Positions 32,601 through 45,234 of a stretch of DNA of 64,000 nt are shown here, piece by piece. The stretch is from Cyanophora paradoxa CCMP329 (Eukaryota > Plantae > Glaucophyta), in the NCBI GenBank assembly GCA_004431415.1, contig QPMI01000208.1, positions 80,400-144,399 of the forward strand, in the 5' to 3' direction. The notes beneath the pieces were generated by a model. It saw only the letters and a program-made list of their open reading frames with translations, did not search any database and was not told where the DNA came from. Position numbers and translations under genes: made by a program. Position 1 is the first letter of the stretch. Every line of letters begins with the position of its first letter.

Positions 32601-35600
32601 CGTGAACACGAAGCCGTGGGGGAAATTCTCGGGGTGGCTCCAGAGCTCATTGGCGGCTCGAGCGGCCTCGGTGTCGGGGAGCACAGTCGGCTTCCAGGTG
32701 CCGGCGACCTTGGTCACTGGCCAGTGATCCTCCTCGCCAGCCATAGGCGGGGAGGCAAGCTCGAGGCGCTGGTACCCGAGTCCCTGCGGCGTCTGAGCGA
32801 GGTAGTCGCGCAGGGCGCTCGCTACGACGCCCTCGTGCGTCGAGCGGTCCGTCGCCCGCTTCAGGTGGTACTCCAGAACGTCACAGAGCGTCTCGCTCTG
32901 TACCGCGTTGAGCGGCGCCCGGCCGTCCTTCCGGCGCGGCAGCAGCGGGATCCCGGAGTGCTGGTGGCCCTGGAGAACGGCCAGGAGGATGCGCGAGCAG
33001 ATGGCCAGGCGGCCCTCGTAGTCGGGTACTACTTTACCCTGCTCGTACTTCCAAGCAAGCGTCGGGCGCCCATCGGCGTACGTCGGGCGCGCATCGCGGG
33101 TTCCCTTTTCCTTTTCGGGTTTGGACGGCGGCGGTGTGAGGAAGGCCCTGTGCAGAAATCGCACGAGGCCGTCGGGCACGACGCAGCGGTATGAGTTCAG
33201 AATGGCGTTTGTGTCCTCGTCGAGCGAGGCCACATTCGCGATGTATCGCTCAACAACCTCGTCGCTGTCCTCGATGACCATCGGCGTGACAGAGAAGTCA
33301 TCGGACCAAGGCTGGCTGCCGAGCGCCTTGCCTGGCGCGTAAGCCTGGAAGCACCGGTGCTGCCACGCGACGGTGAAGCCGGCGAGGGTGCACGCGAGGT
33401 CTTCCTCCACCGGGATCGGGGCCCATGCGAGGGCGGACGAGGTGGCCCCCGCAGACAGCTCGTAGCCAAAGGCGTTGACGAGGGGAGGATGGGCCTTGCT
33501 GCGCTTCGGCGCGCGAGCTAGCTTCCCCATCGTGCCACCCAGCCAGAGCGCTTGGTTGGTTGCCTGGTGCCGAGCATTTGTCTTTGCGTCGGCATCGTGC
33601 AGCTTCCCAAGCACTGCAGTGCCCGCGACGATGCGCGGCGCGTAGGTGCGGACTACTTCGAAGCGCTCACTGTCGCTGCTCTGGGCAGTGCGCTTGTCGC
33701 AGAGCGGGCGGTGGAGATCGAGGATAACGGTCTCGCGCGCGTAACGCGTGCCGAACGGCGACGCGGCAGACTCGACTCGCGTGTCCGCGAGGTTGTTGTT
33801 GAGGACCGCCGTATACGGGGAGGGGTTCATGTCGTCCTGGATATACGGCGGGCTTTCATCGCCGGGGTCATCCACGAAGAAAACGGTGTACAACACGCGC
33901 GCCGTCTGGGCGAGCGCGGAGCTCATGGCGGCGTGCGCCGTTCCCTCATGCGAAATGTCCCACGGGCCTAGGTACGAGGGCACCATGGACTGCGCGGAGC
34001 GCGTGCCGACCGCCAGGTACTGCGCAACGTCCGGGTCGACGCCGCACATGACGTGCGCGAACGCCAGACCCTGGATATCGAACAGCCGGCTCTCCCGCAG
34101 GGGCAGCATCGGCGGGCCTACGGCCGCGAAAAAGTTCGTGATGCCGCGGGCAGCGCTCCCGACTCGCTTCAGGATAGTGGACGCAAACTCGCCCAGGTGC
34201 GTATCGAGGCCATGGATCGCGTCCCCGTAGCTCTCGTCCGTCTCAGTCTCCGAGCGCCACTGCAGCGGGTAGCTGATCGCAGGCAGGGCCGCCCAGTCGA
34301 GGACCGAGCTATCGAAGCAGCCGAGGGGGCGGAAAAACGAGCTCGTCTCAGACAGATACTGCTCGAGCAACGTGTGGTCGTTTAGATACGTCTTTTCCGT
34401 GAGAGAGAACACCGGGCGAGGCTTCCACTTCGGGTGAGGTGCGAAAGCGGCGCCGGCGTGGAGCCGAGCGACCTCGCCCTCCGCGCCCTCGTCGGGGCGG
34501 AGGTCCTCGCCCTCGGGAAGATCGACGAGGAAGGGGTGCAAGGGCGGGTCGGGCTCGTCGGTGTCAGCACCAGCGAGGCGGGCCTCGTCCACCGCGTACG
34601 TCTTCGGGCGACGCAGCATTTTCAAGATGGAGTCGCGCATCGCGGCCCACTCCGCCGTCGCAGCGGTCTCGAAGATGCTGGCCCGCGACGCAAGGCGCAG
34701 GTACTTACGAGCCCACCTCAGCCCCTTCGGCAGCTCCAGGGCTGCTCGGGCCGCCGACGGGGCTTCCGCGGCCGGGGCCTCGTCGAGGAGCAGCGCGTGG
34801 GCCTGCAGAAGGTAGCGCGCGACGCTCGACGGGATGACGACCGCATTCGGGTTGAAGCGATTCTCGTGCACCCAAGCCGGCGTGCGCGGCTGCGGGATGC
34901 GCCAGCGAGCCGTGAGATACCACTCGACATCGTCCTGCGCCCAGTCATGGAGGCTGGTCGGCAGGCCATCGGTCTGAGGAGTGATTTCAGAAACCAGCCC
35001 CAGGCCGAGCATGAGCAGCTCAAGAGCCGCAGCGTTCTCGCGGGCGATCCGAATGGAGCTCGGCGCGCGGCGGGCCGGGAGGCCGGCCAGCGGTACGACG
35101 GCGGGGAGCGGGTTGTCCGCGCGCTCGTACGGCTGCGAGCCGCACTCCTCGATGATGAAATCTTTCAAGTGGGGGACGCGGAGCGTCTCGAGCGTCCCCT
35201 TGACAGCGGACGTTTCAATACCCCAGCGTGCTGCCAGAATTTTGCGCTGGGCAGGCGGCCAATTCTCAAGGCTCTTGCCGCGGTTGTGCGGCGAGACCCT
35301 GGGCACTACGAGGGCTCCGCCAATGACCCCAAGCGCTTCGTACAGGGCGTACTGGGCGGGGTCGTCGGCGTCGGGAGTCCCGGCAGGCTCAGGCTGGGAC
35401 GCGGGCTGCGTGGGCTCGCTGGGGCCCTCGCCGCCACCTCCCCCCTCATCGCGCTTCTCCGACATGGGCACATCACCCTCCTTGTCCTTCTGGGGCTCCT
35501 GGCCCTGGGCGCCCTTGCGGCCCCGCCCCTGGCCCCGCCGGCCGCCTCCGCGGCCCTGACCCTTCGCGCCCCCAGCCGCTGCCTGCCGCGGCTTCCCGCC

Positions 35601-37650
35601 AGCTAGTGGGCCAGGCTCGTGCGCAGGGTTGAGGGCGGGCGTCGGCGTCCGCGGAGGCGAGAGGCGGCCGCCGGGCAGGATCGCCGGCTCGGGCGCGGCT
35701 GTCTGCGGCACGAGAGCGGCCGCAGCCTGCAGCGTGAGCCCGATGGCCTTCACGGTGGCCTGGCCGTCGAGAGCGCGGGCGTGCGCCTCGCGATCGAGCT
35801 TCGAGGCGACCGGGGTCGTCGTCGGGCAGCTCGGATCCAAGCGCCACTTCTCTGCGAACGCGATGAGCTGGTCGACCTCCTCGTCGCTCAGACCGCCGCT
35901 CTTCCGCTTGAGGCGGCGGTACAGAAGGATGAGGTGTGCGCGCGAGTGGGGCGGAGTGCCCTCAATGTACTTGATGAGGCGGGCGCTGCCGGCACTCCCC
36001 GTCACAGTCTTAATGTGGACGAGGCTCTTCAGGGTTTCCAAGGGCTCGGTGGGCCCCAGGGGGCTCAAGATCGAGACCTCCTCCGGGATGATAGTGGGCT
36101 GACGCCCAGCATCCTTGTCGGCATGCAAGGTCAGCTGCGTGCCCCGCGTCGCCGGCCGCACGAGCCCCAGGTACCAGCCCGTCGGGACTGGCGCCTTGGA
36201 GTCGCCAGGGGCCGGCGGGCGGTGACCCAGCAGCGCGTAGAGCCAGGCGGTGCACAGCGGAAGGTCGCGGAGCGCGAGGATGCGCTCGGCGGCGAGGCCC
36301 TCGCCGACCGACATCCGCTCGACGACGCAGGCGTCGCTGAGCCGGCTGTAGTCCGGGGCGCGCCCCTTGCGGTACGCCTCATGGCGCTCGTGGGCGGCCC
36401 TGGCCAGCCAGCCCTCAGTGTCCTTCACCGAGTGGAGCACCTTCGCTGACGGAACTGGCAGCTCGAGCGAGAGCGCCGCGGTCGTGAGCAGGTGCACCGC
36501 AGTCGTGAAGTCAAAGTCCGAGGGGCAGGCACGGCCTCGCTCGCGAGGAGAGCGGCACACTTATGCAGGTCGATGCGACCGGTGTGGCCCCCGAAGCTTC
36601 CCGCAGTTTTCCAGCGAGCCCAGTGCTCGAGGAGGACGAGCGCGAGCCCGTAGGCATCCGTGTGCTCGTCGACCATGAGCGGGGCCGCGAAGTCGAAGTA
36701 CCGCTGGAGAATTTTCTCGGCGGCCTTAGACGACCCCGGGGCACCGTAGTCGAGGCGGTGCAGGTAATAACCGGCGACGCAGGCCGCAGCTGCCAGCCGC
36801 AGGCGGGTCTGGTCGGAAACCAACTGGCCGCGACCCAGGCGCGTCGATCCCATCAGCTGCATCTCGTGCGGCGCGAGTGCGAGGGCGATCGGGGACTGCG
36901 AGCCGACGCTCTCGTGGCCCCGGTAACCCTCGAGCCAGCCCGCGATCGCTATCTCGCCCGGCCGAAGCTTCTGGAGGTCCGGTTCCACCTCCGGCTTGCC
37001 GAAGGCGGTCAGGCCCTTCGTGGGCCACGGCCTCCCCTTGGCAACGCGCTGGGCGTGAAGGCCGACCTGCCGTACCAGGTGCATCGTGCTGAGGTAGCGC
37101 GTCGGCCAGGCGTGCGCCAGCAGGTCGCGCGAGGCGCTGCTGTGCCCCAGCATGTGCAAGAAAGCCGTCGGCAGGGTCGGGGAATCGGTATACACACTCT
37201 CATCCGCAAACGGCTGCGTGAGCGCCGAGAGCAGGAAGGAGAAAGCCTGGCGAGTGCGGCCAGGGCAGCGGAACGCGGTAGCGTACCACTGCACCTCCGG
37301 CTGCTCGACCAGGCCCTCGAGGCAGTACGTCACACAGTGGCTGAGGCGAGGGTTCGGGTACACGAAACCCTCGCGCCCTAGTTCCACGGGAGCGGCACCC
37401 TTCAGCTTGTGCCCCTGAACATCCCAGAGGATGGCCGGGCCCAGCTCGGCCTCGCGGCCGGGCTCCTCCGTGAGATTTAGGGCGCCGAAGTGTGCTACAG
37501 TGAACCCAGCGCGCGCAAGGTAAGCGCGGTTGGTGCGGATGCACTCCTTAGAGGCGGCCTCGCGATCCTCCTCGGCCGCCGAAGCGCCGTCGTCCGTGAC
37601 CGAGAGGCTCGCAACGGTCTCAGCGCCCGACGAGTACTCCAGGCAAGGGC
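29691..37650 (-). CDS. Very large uncharacterised protein, probable C-terminal extension of Gag (frameshifts near 37650 and 36530)
   Basis: A 2,289-codon ORF plus an upstream frame open from ~37650. Globular-looking W/Y/F-rich regions, followed by RGG boxes, Q/W/P repeats and an RS-dipeptide region. Confidence 0.75.
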
Positions 37651-39984
37651 CGACCCGGCGGCGGGGTCGACGTCGCCCTTGACGCAGGTGGCCGCCACGG
37701 CGGACTCCAGGCTGCCAATTGCCAGTGCGTCAGCATCCCCGCCCGAGCTCGCCGGCTGCAGAGCAGCGACATCAGAACCCTTCGCTTCTGCGTCAGCGCC
37801 CTCAACCTCCGTTGGGTCCGGGGCGGCCGCAGACTCGAGGGCAAAGGTGCCCAGGTCGGCGGCGTTCATGATGTCGGCAAATGAGCTCAGGCCGGCGGAG
37901 AGCCCAGGGCCGATGCCGGCCGCGATCGGCTCGGTCGCGGTCTTTTCCGTCTCAGCGAGGCCCGACTCCGGGCGGGCCCGCATGTCGATCACGGTTTCCT
38001 CCTCCGGGCAAAGGTCCGGCCGCGCAGCCAAGATAATCTGCACGAGGCCGATCGCGAACGCCGTTGCGGCTGCGGCGCAGGTGCTCAGGCTCTCATCCTT
38101 GTGCAGGGCTGCGGCATGCTCCGTAGTGACGGCGCTGAAGCGCTCGAAGGCGCGCGCAAGCTCGAGACCGGTGCTCGCGCTGGTGCGGTCGATTTTGACG
38201 CGGAATACGCGGCGCTCTTTGCCGAGCTCCGCGGGCGCAGGAGCCGCAGTCGGGCCGGAGCCGGGGCTCGCGGCCGGGGTGGACGGGCTGCCCAGAAGGC
38301 TCGGGCCTCCGCGGACGGCCTCCGAGAGGATGGCGCGCGCGATCGCGAAGGTCGCGGCCTCGCTCGCGGGGCTCGTCGCCGGCGCAGAGGCGAGGGCTTC
38401 CTTGTGCTCAGCGAACGCGCGGCGGACGGCGATCCCAACCTCACTCGCGATCTTGGAGTCGATCGCGGGGCAGTTAGCCTGGCGGTGCCCCGGCTTTCCG
38501 CACCCGTAGCAGACAGGGGGCCCGTTGCCGGACGGCGGGGCGGGGCTGAAGTTCCCACCCTGAGGGCGGCGCTTGGCCTCGCCTCCGAACCCGCCGGCGC
38601 GGCGCTTGTTGGGGTTGATCACCGCCCAATCGGGCAGCGGCGTCGGGCTCACGTCGCACTCGAACTTCCAGTGGCGCTTGCCGCAGTGGCACGGGTTGCG
38701 CGGCTGAGCCGGCAGACCGCGCTCGCGCAGGAATTCGGTGATCTTCTGGCGGTATACCGGGTCGTCGGGCCGCGGCGGCGGCGCGGAGGAGGACGGGTAG
38801 ATCGCGCGGATCACCACGTCAACTTCCTCATCGTCGCCCGCGAATGCGTACCGGCAGAACATCACGAGTTCCTCCGTCTGCGCGTCGTCCGCGACGCCGT
38901 CATCGTACCCGCCGTCGTACGCCTCATGCGTGTGCGCTCGCATCACGCGCGCGTCCTTCGATGCGCGGCTACCGGGCGGGACGACGGGGACGGCCGGCGG
39001 CGCAGCGTGCATGGCCGCGCGCTGCAGGGACTGCATAGCGCTCGGGGCCGGGGCCGGCGCCGCGCTCGGCAGCGCGCTGCGTTTGACGACGTACGCTGAG
39101 CCCGGCACGTTCGAGATATCCGTGTCCCATGCGCCGAGCTCGCGGCAGCGCTTGCGTACGTAGTTGACGAGGGCAACCTCGTCTTTCAGCAAGCCCTCGC
39201 GCACGCGCTGTGCAAGTTCGGCTTGCACTACTGTCAAGACCTCGAGGTTCTTGAGCATGCGGCGCCGGTCTTTCTCCGACAGATCCTTCACGTCATCGAA
39301 TTCGCGGTACGCGCCGCGATTCCGGTGTGCGATCATGTCGCCGAGCTGGCGGACCAGCGCCGAGAGCGGGTTCTCGAGGAGCTGGCGCGCGTCCGGGTGC
39401 ATGCACAAGCGGCAGGTGCGGCGGACGCACGCCTCGGGATTCTCGCCTAGATAGGGCAGGCGCAGAACTTCCTTCAGGTCGTCCGGGTTGCGCTCGCCCG
39501 AGTCGGACTCCAGGCGGGCGCGGATCGCAGCGAAGGTGGTCTCGCGCTTAGACGCCACGATGGCCTCTTCGATTTCTGCGATCTGCTCGCCGAGCCCTTC
39601 GAGCAGCATGAGCTCGTGCTCATTAGCAGCGCCCAGCCGTTCCTTTTCGGCCTTTTCGCTCTTCAGCTTCGCCAGCTCGCTCTTGCGCGCGCGCTGGCCG
39701 GCGTGGAAGAGCTCGATCTCGCTCCGCACGCTGTGCGCGGGGTCGAGAGTCTGTACGAGCGCGAGGCCAGTGTTCTGCTGCTGGCTATCGCCTGCATCTT
39801 CAGCCAGATTCAGGATGTTCCGGCTAAGTGCGGCGGCAGCCTCGAAGGCCGCGAGGTGATCCTCGACGGTCTGGCGGTCGGCGCCTGGCTGCAGCGGCGG
39901 AATCCGACGCAGCATCTCTAGCGCATTCGTCGGAATGCCGCTTAGAGTGCTCGGCTCTGCCGTGAAAGGAGCCAAGTTCGCCAT
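37650..39984 (-). CDS. Gag-like protein
   Basis: First ORF after the 5' LTR, with a coiled-coil region and zinc knuckles CHCGKRHWKFEC and CYGCGKPGHRQANC. Confidence 0.8.
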
Positions 39985-40578
39985 CCGGATGTGGTACTCC
40001 GCGGAAGCTCCGGTGCCGGAGGACATTCTTTTCACGAAAAGCTCGCGGCGTAAAGCCAAGCTTATCGATCAGAATGTCCGCGATCCGGCTCCTCTGAGGT
40101 CCGCGGTCGCGCGACGAGGCTTCTCGAAGCCAAGTCGCCGATGTCCTCTGATCAAGCACGCCCTTTCAAGAAGACAGGCTCACTACGCGGTAGTAGAGCA
40201 ACTGCTTCGGGCGGCTAGCGATGCAACGGCGATCCGAGCAGTCTGCCTCGGTCCCGGTTCGCTTTTCGATTCTCTCCGTCGCTCGGTGCCGCGGGCAGCC
40301 GAGGTGAGCAAGCTCACGTCGCACGAAACCGGAGCGATCTGCCCCCGGCTCGTGTTTGCGCTCTACTTGCGAGAGCAGCACGCCCCAGTTCGTCAACCTG
40401 CTCGCTCAGCCTTTGCGGGCACGGGCGGGGAGCGTCCGCACGCTCCTCGACCTCTTTCGAGGTTCTCCCGTGCGCCGGCTGAGCTGCGGGTGCTGGATTG
40501 GGCTGGTTGCTGAGGATGGTCGCTGAAGATCGCTGGTTCGTGCTCCGTAGGCACGTGGCGCCTGTCGGCAGTGGCGCC

Positions 40579-40834
40579 TGTCGGATGGGAAGAAGCCCAC
40601 CCGGTACGCCCTGCGCGGTCTAGCGCAGGCGGTGGTGATAGCAGGAAGCACAAGTGGTCTATTCACAAGTGTACCCGTACAGCGACGGCGTACCCCTCAG
40701 ATGGGGCCGCGCCCGGCGCTAAGTCACAACACAGAGAGCACTACAAGCTAGAAGCTTACTAGCGCTAGACTAAGGCTAGAGGCTAACCATAGACTACCAG
40801 CTAGCCTAGTCCGAGGGCATCGCGGCATGCGACA
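40579..40834 (-). repeat. 5' LTR
   Basis: Direct repeat of 20322-20577, followed on the + strand by TSD GGGGC. Confidence 0.95.
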
Positions 40835-41133
40835 GGGGCGGGGGCGAGTCGAAGACCTAGTTGGAAACCGTTGAACGGGGTAGGGCCCCCGTTTTCGGTA
40901 ACTTACAAAATGACGAGTCTGCTCATCTCCCGATCCAGCTCCGAGCTCTTAACCACGTGTTAGTGCATGCATGAGAGCCCGGAATTCGTTGTCAGAACCC
41001 GAAACTTTGAAAAGAGCGGAATGCTGCGCGGAAAACCGGACCCTTTCCTGGACTATCCCTTGCAGCGCCTGATCCTGTGGTCGTATAGAGGCCGGACCAA
41101 GTGCATAAGAAAGCTCTTGCGATGCTCGACAGA

Positions 41134-41235
41134 GCATGTCATACATGCCAGCGCTCGGGAAGCAGCGCGTGGCGCGCTAGGCCGCATCAAGTACCTGTTG
41201 TACCGAACGCGGAAAAAAAGAGCTCCTGAGAGTTT
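41134..41235 (+). repeat. Dispersed repeat related to 14583-14683 of the TIR element
   Basis: Shared CATGTCATACATGCC...GCTAGGCCGC(A/C)TCAAGTACCTGTTGTACCG...GAAAAAAAG(A/C)GCTCCTG(A/C)GAGTTT. Confidence 0.75.
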
Positions 41236-44077
41236 CAGTACAGGCGCACAATTTAGCCGTCAACCTGAGAGTAAGAGCTTTTGCTGGGTACAAGCGCACA
41301 ATTTAGCCGTCAACCTAGCCGACAGGTTCGCTAGCTGGCCAGCGTAGCTAGCTATAGCTGAGCTCCGGCTAGCGGCTTGCTGGACTTGCGCGCGAGGCGT
41401 CGACGTCACCAGCGCGCTAGCAGTGCAGGCGCCGGCAGTGCGGGCGCGGCGCCGCGCCGGCCGGCGGCAGTACTAGTTGGCAGGCGCGGCGCCGGCATGC
41501 GCATGCATATGCATACTATAGCGCTAGCTATGATGATTTGCGCATGCGCAGCGCTATAGGTAGCTGCAGCTGCAGGCTGCAGCTGCATAGCAGCTGCAGC
41601 AGCTGCTGCAGCTGCAGCAGCTGCTATGCGCAGGCGCGGGCCCGCGCCGCACGCGCGCGCCCCGCCGGGCCGCGCCGCCGCCGGCGCCGGTCCCACTCTA
41701 CCCCGTTTCCAACCGGCGGCCGGCCCAGTCAGAGCCCGAGCAGAGGCCGCCGCGTGCTAGTATAAGGATCTCTCAGTTGCATGTTCGCACATCGGCCGAC
41801 GGTCGGCCTTGCGTCCGGTGAAAGACCACAGCCAGCGGACGGTCTTGAACCACGCGGTGGAGCATCGCAGGGATCGTTTCGCCTGACTAAGTAGCTTGCC
41901 TCTAGTGCGGCCGGGTCGGTCGGCTCGCGATCGCGATCGGGTGCACGGATTTGAAGTGCCGCGCTTCGGAACTGCTACGGCTGCTGTGCAAAACGGTTCT
42001 AGCGAAGCGGTGGGCCTGGGCAAGCCGAGGCGGCCGTGCGCCGTAGGTCGCTCGTGGTCGGTGTGACATGTCCAGCCGAAATTCTAGCGGAGCACAGCGA
42101 TCGCGAACGATTGGCGCGAATTCGAAACTGAGCACGTCTGAAGTGCATTTTAGATCAGTCTAAAGCAAGGAAATTTTTGGTTTCGCGCCAATTGCAATGT
42201 CTCGCAGTGCAAGTTGGCCTCGGAGGTCGCTGCGCCCCGGCCCCCTTTTCAGCCAAGGCAGCTCAAGGCCCGCCCAGGCCCCCCCGCTCCCCCCAACTGC
42301 CCTTCCCGGGACTCGAACGCTGGGGCAATAAGACGCCGCGGCCGGCCGGGCGCGCTGCTAGCTCGGCTAGCTCGCTGCGCGCGAAACTGGCCTTTTCCTC
42401 GTCGCTTTTGTATGGCCATACATCTAGGAAATTTTCGTACCGCATCCGCACGAAACTGAGCCTCTTCCTAGCATCAAGATGCATATTAGCTAGTATATAT
42501 AGAACGCTTCAGTTTCTCGTCAATCGCTTTCCATCATTTTATCCAGACAAATCGACCATGGCCAGAAATAGGAGGAGGAGTACAAAGATGTTGCAGACTG
42601 AACTTTTTTTGGCGGCTTCGATCTCTGGGATACGCCGGCGGCCGCGGGCCACTGGGGAGCGTCGGGGCTTCAACGCTGAATCCACGGCGTGGCTTCAACG
42701 GGATCTTCAGGTGCGCGGCGGCCGCGCTTAAGCTTGCGGATGCACATCCTTCAAACTCGTATTGACAGCAGGGCTCCGCAAGCTTTAAGGCGACGAGATC
42801 ATCATGAAGAGTTGCGGCGCGCAGAAGGCCTAGGGGCGGCGCGCACCCGTTGCCGCGCGCGAGCGTCTCCCCTGGTTCGAGTCTGGTGCGTCCCCTCATC
42901 CACCTGCCGCGCCTTGAATTCGAATGTCGACGTCGGTTCTTCTGAAAGATCTGACGCCAAAGATCTTCAAGTGCACATATTGATTATTTTCTTCACCAGA
43001 TCGAGAAGTTCGACCGCGAGGTCCTTCGGCGGAGGGCTTCTCTCATATTCCCTTCACCAACTCCGCTCTCGATCCACTTCAGATCTAGAGAGGAAGACGG
43101 GTCGATCGAGATTTGAAGACGGGCCCTCGAAGTGCGTGTTGATGAAAACCTCAGGGCCTTCCTTTGCGCAGGTCATGCGCAGGATGTCGATAGATGACCA
43201 TGCGCAGGATATCGATGGATGACAAGCTTCGCTACGGATAATCCTTCGTATAGGGGCTTTGTCTCCTAATAATTTAAACTACGGAAAACTCAAAAAACAA
43301 AAAGGAGGCATGCGCAGCTCAGCCGGGGGCGCCGCTAGCTAATTATAAAGAGAGAGGGCGCTATAGCTATACAGCCGGCAACAAGCTCATCGCCGCTGCC
43401 GCGGCGGGCGGCGCGCGCGACCGCGCGGGACGGACGCGGGGCCGCCGGCGCGGGCGGGCGGCGCGGCTCGCCGGGCGGCGAGGATATCGATCCGGAGGCG
43501 CTGCTGGCGGCGGCGCAGCTCGCCGGGCGGCCGCGGCCGCGGACCGGAGCTCGAGGCGCGGCGGGGCGGAGGCGCGGCGGAACTATAAATATATATGCAG
43601 CACACTAAATATTTCTAGCTCTCCGGGGATCCATTATATCATGGCCATGGGAGTCACGCGCACTGCAAATGCGCAGCAGCCGCAGGCCCGCAGCTCTAGA
43701 TCTATAGCTAGCTGCGTACCGGTAGTGCGCAGTACTGCTCGGCTAGCTATATATAGTGCGCACGTGCACTGCGGCATGCCCATGATGCCATGCATATGAT
43801 AATCATCTTGAACTTGAAAACCGATCGGAGCTCTTGATCTGTTGTTTTTTTCATGAGGCTCGAATCATGATCATATGCATGCTGATAATATGAATGTAGT
43901 TTTTAACAGACGGTTCTCCGTCTGTGTTCGTCACTCGATACGCACCCCTGCTACTACTACCAGGTAAGCAGTACTCAGTACGTACCGGACTCATATATAT
44001 ATATATATATATTGCGGAAGTTGAAGCAGCGGAACCCACACCGTCGATCGCGAACCGACATTTCTCGTTTTACAGTA

Positions 44078-44330
44078 CCGTAATACACTTAATTAATGCG
44101 CCAGATATTAATATTTAATGCGTTTTTGGACCCGGACCCCTAGTATGGATAATAGTGCGGTCTCAAATTAATGCGTTTTGAGGCCTTTTAGTTGGATGGG
44201 GGTACGTAAACAGCCGTTTCTTAGCGTTTCGATATTAATGCGGTACCAAATTAATGCGTTTTGCCAGCGGAAAACGCATTAATTTGGAGCCGCATTAATA
44301 AAGTGCGCGCATTAATAAAGTGCATTACGG
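44078..44330. mobile_element. TA-flanked MITE (Tc1/mariner-pogo type), family A
   Basis: TA|CCGTAAT(A/G)CACTT...AAGTGCATTACGG|TA with multiple internal TTAATGCG motifs. Homologous, in inverted orientation, to 53689-53935. Confidence 0.8.
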
Positions 44331-44588
44331 TACTGTAATAAGTAACAGTATATCGAGCTCGAGGTTCACGGTTGACCGTTCAAAGCGTTGACTCGGCCGC
44401 GGCGAGTCACTGACTGACACTGAGTCGGCGTTGCGCATGCCGGCGCCAAACAACGTTAACGCCGCCAAGTTAAACGTTGAGCCTGCGCATGCCAGGCGCC
44501 GCGGCCGGCATTGCCAGCACTCAGTGACTGCGCATGCCCAGCACTGGGCCAGCAGTGCCAGCAGTGTGACTCCTGTGAGTCCTGTGAC

Positions 44589-45128
44589 CAGTGATGTTAT
44601 CATGATAATGATGTCCTATCATGATAATGATATGATGCATGATATCATCATGATACGGGCCCCCCTGCCATCATGGCTATCATGATGATGATAGATCCCC
44701 CCCCTAGACCCCCCAAACCGCGAGTTTTTTATGCTCTAAACACCTTGCAGAGTTAAATAAGTAACTTAGTAGTAATCAAGAGAGTGAGTAGCATGATCTT
44801 TAGCAGAAATTTAAAACGCACCGAAATAGCGATGTTCTTGCCATCACAGCGCCTCCACCGGTACCCCCCTCGAGCTCTGGCCCATCGTCATCACAGCGCT
44901 AGCGCCAGATGTAAAGGATGTGTCTGAGTAGGATTATAGTGCAGCTGTATGCTTCTTCTGTCGATATTCGTGTCAAAACGACCATCTTTGCAGCAACTTT
45001 CACTGTTTAATTTCATACTGTGACAGCGCCGGGAACTTCGTATGGTGATAATGATATGATATAATATGATATGATGCTGATAATGATATCATGACTTTTT
45101 GGGCGGCCGTATCATGATAACATCACTG
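44589..45128. mobile_element. hAT-type MITE
   Basis: Perfect 19-bp TIR CAGTGATGTTATCATGATA and 8-bp TSD CCTGTGAC (44581-44588, 45129-45136). Confidence 0.9.
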
Positions 45129-45234
45129 CCTGTGACTCCTGTCACCTAGCGCCTGTGTCACCTGCCAGGCTGTGACTCTAGGCTGTGAGTCTGTGACCGT
45201 GTATACGTACTGTCACAGTGTAGTAAGACTATAT

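Larger units (their letters stand above)
20322..40834 (-). mobile_element. Giant (20,513 bp) Ty3/gypsy LTR retrotransposon
   Basis: Two 256-bp LTRs (TGTCG...CGACA) that look identical by eye, 5-bp TSD GGGGC on both sides, domain order gag...PR-RT-RH-INT on the minus strand, and a purine tract AGAGTGAGGAG next to the 3' LTR. Confidence 0.95.

Noticed and set aside
40550-40834. Tf1-type self-priming PBS
   Set aside because: No convincing complement of the PBS region was found within the LTR by eye.
42177-43222. Possible transposase remnant
   Set aside because: The composition is coding-like, but no frame gave a recognisable motif.
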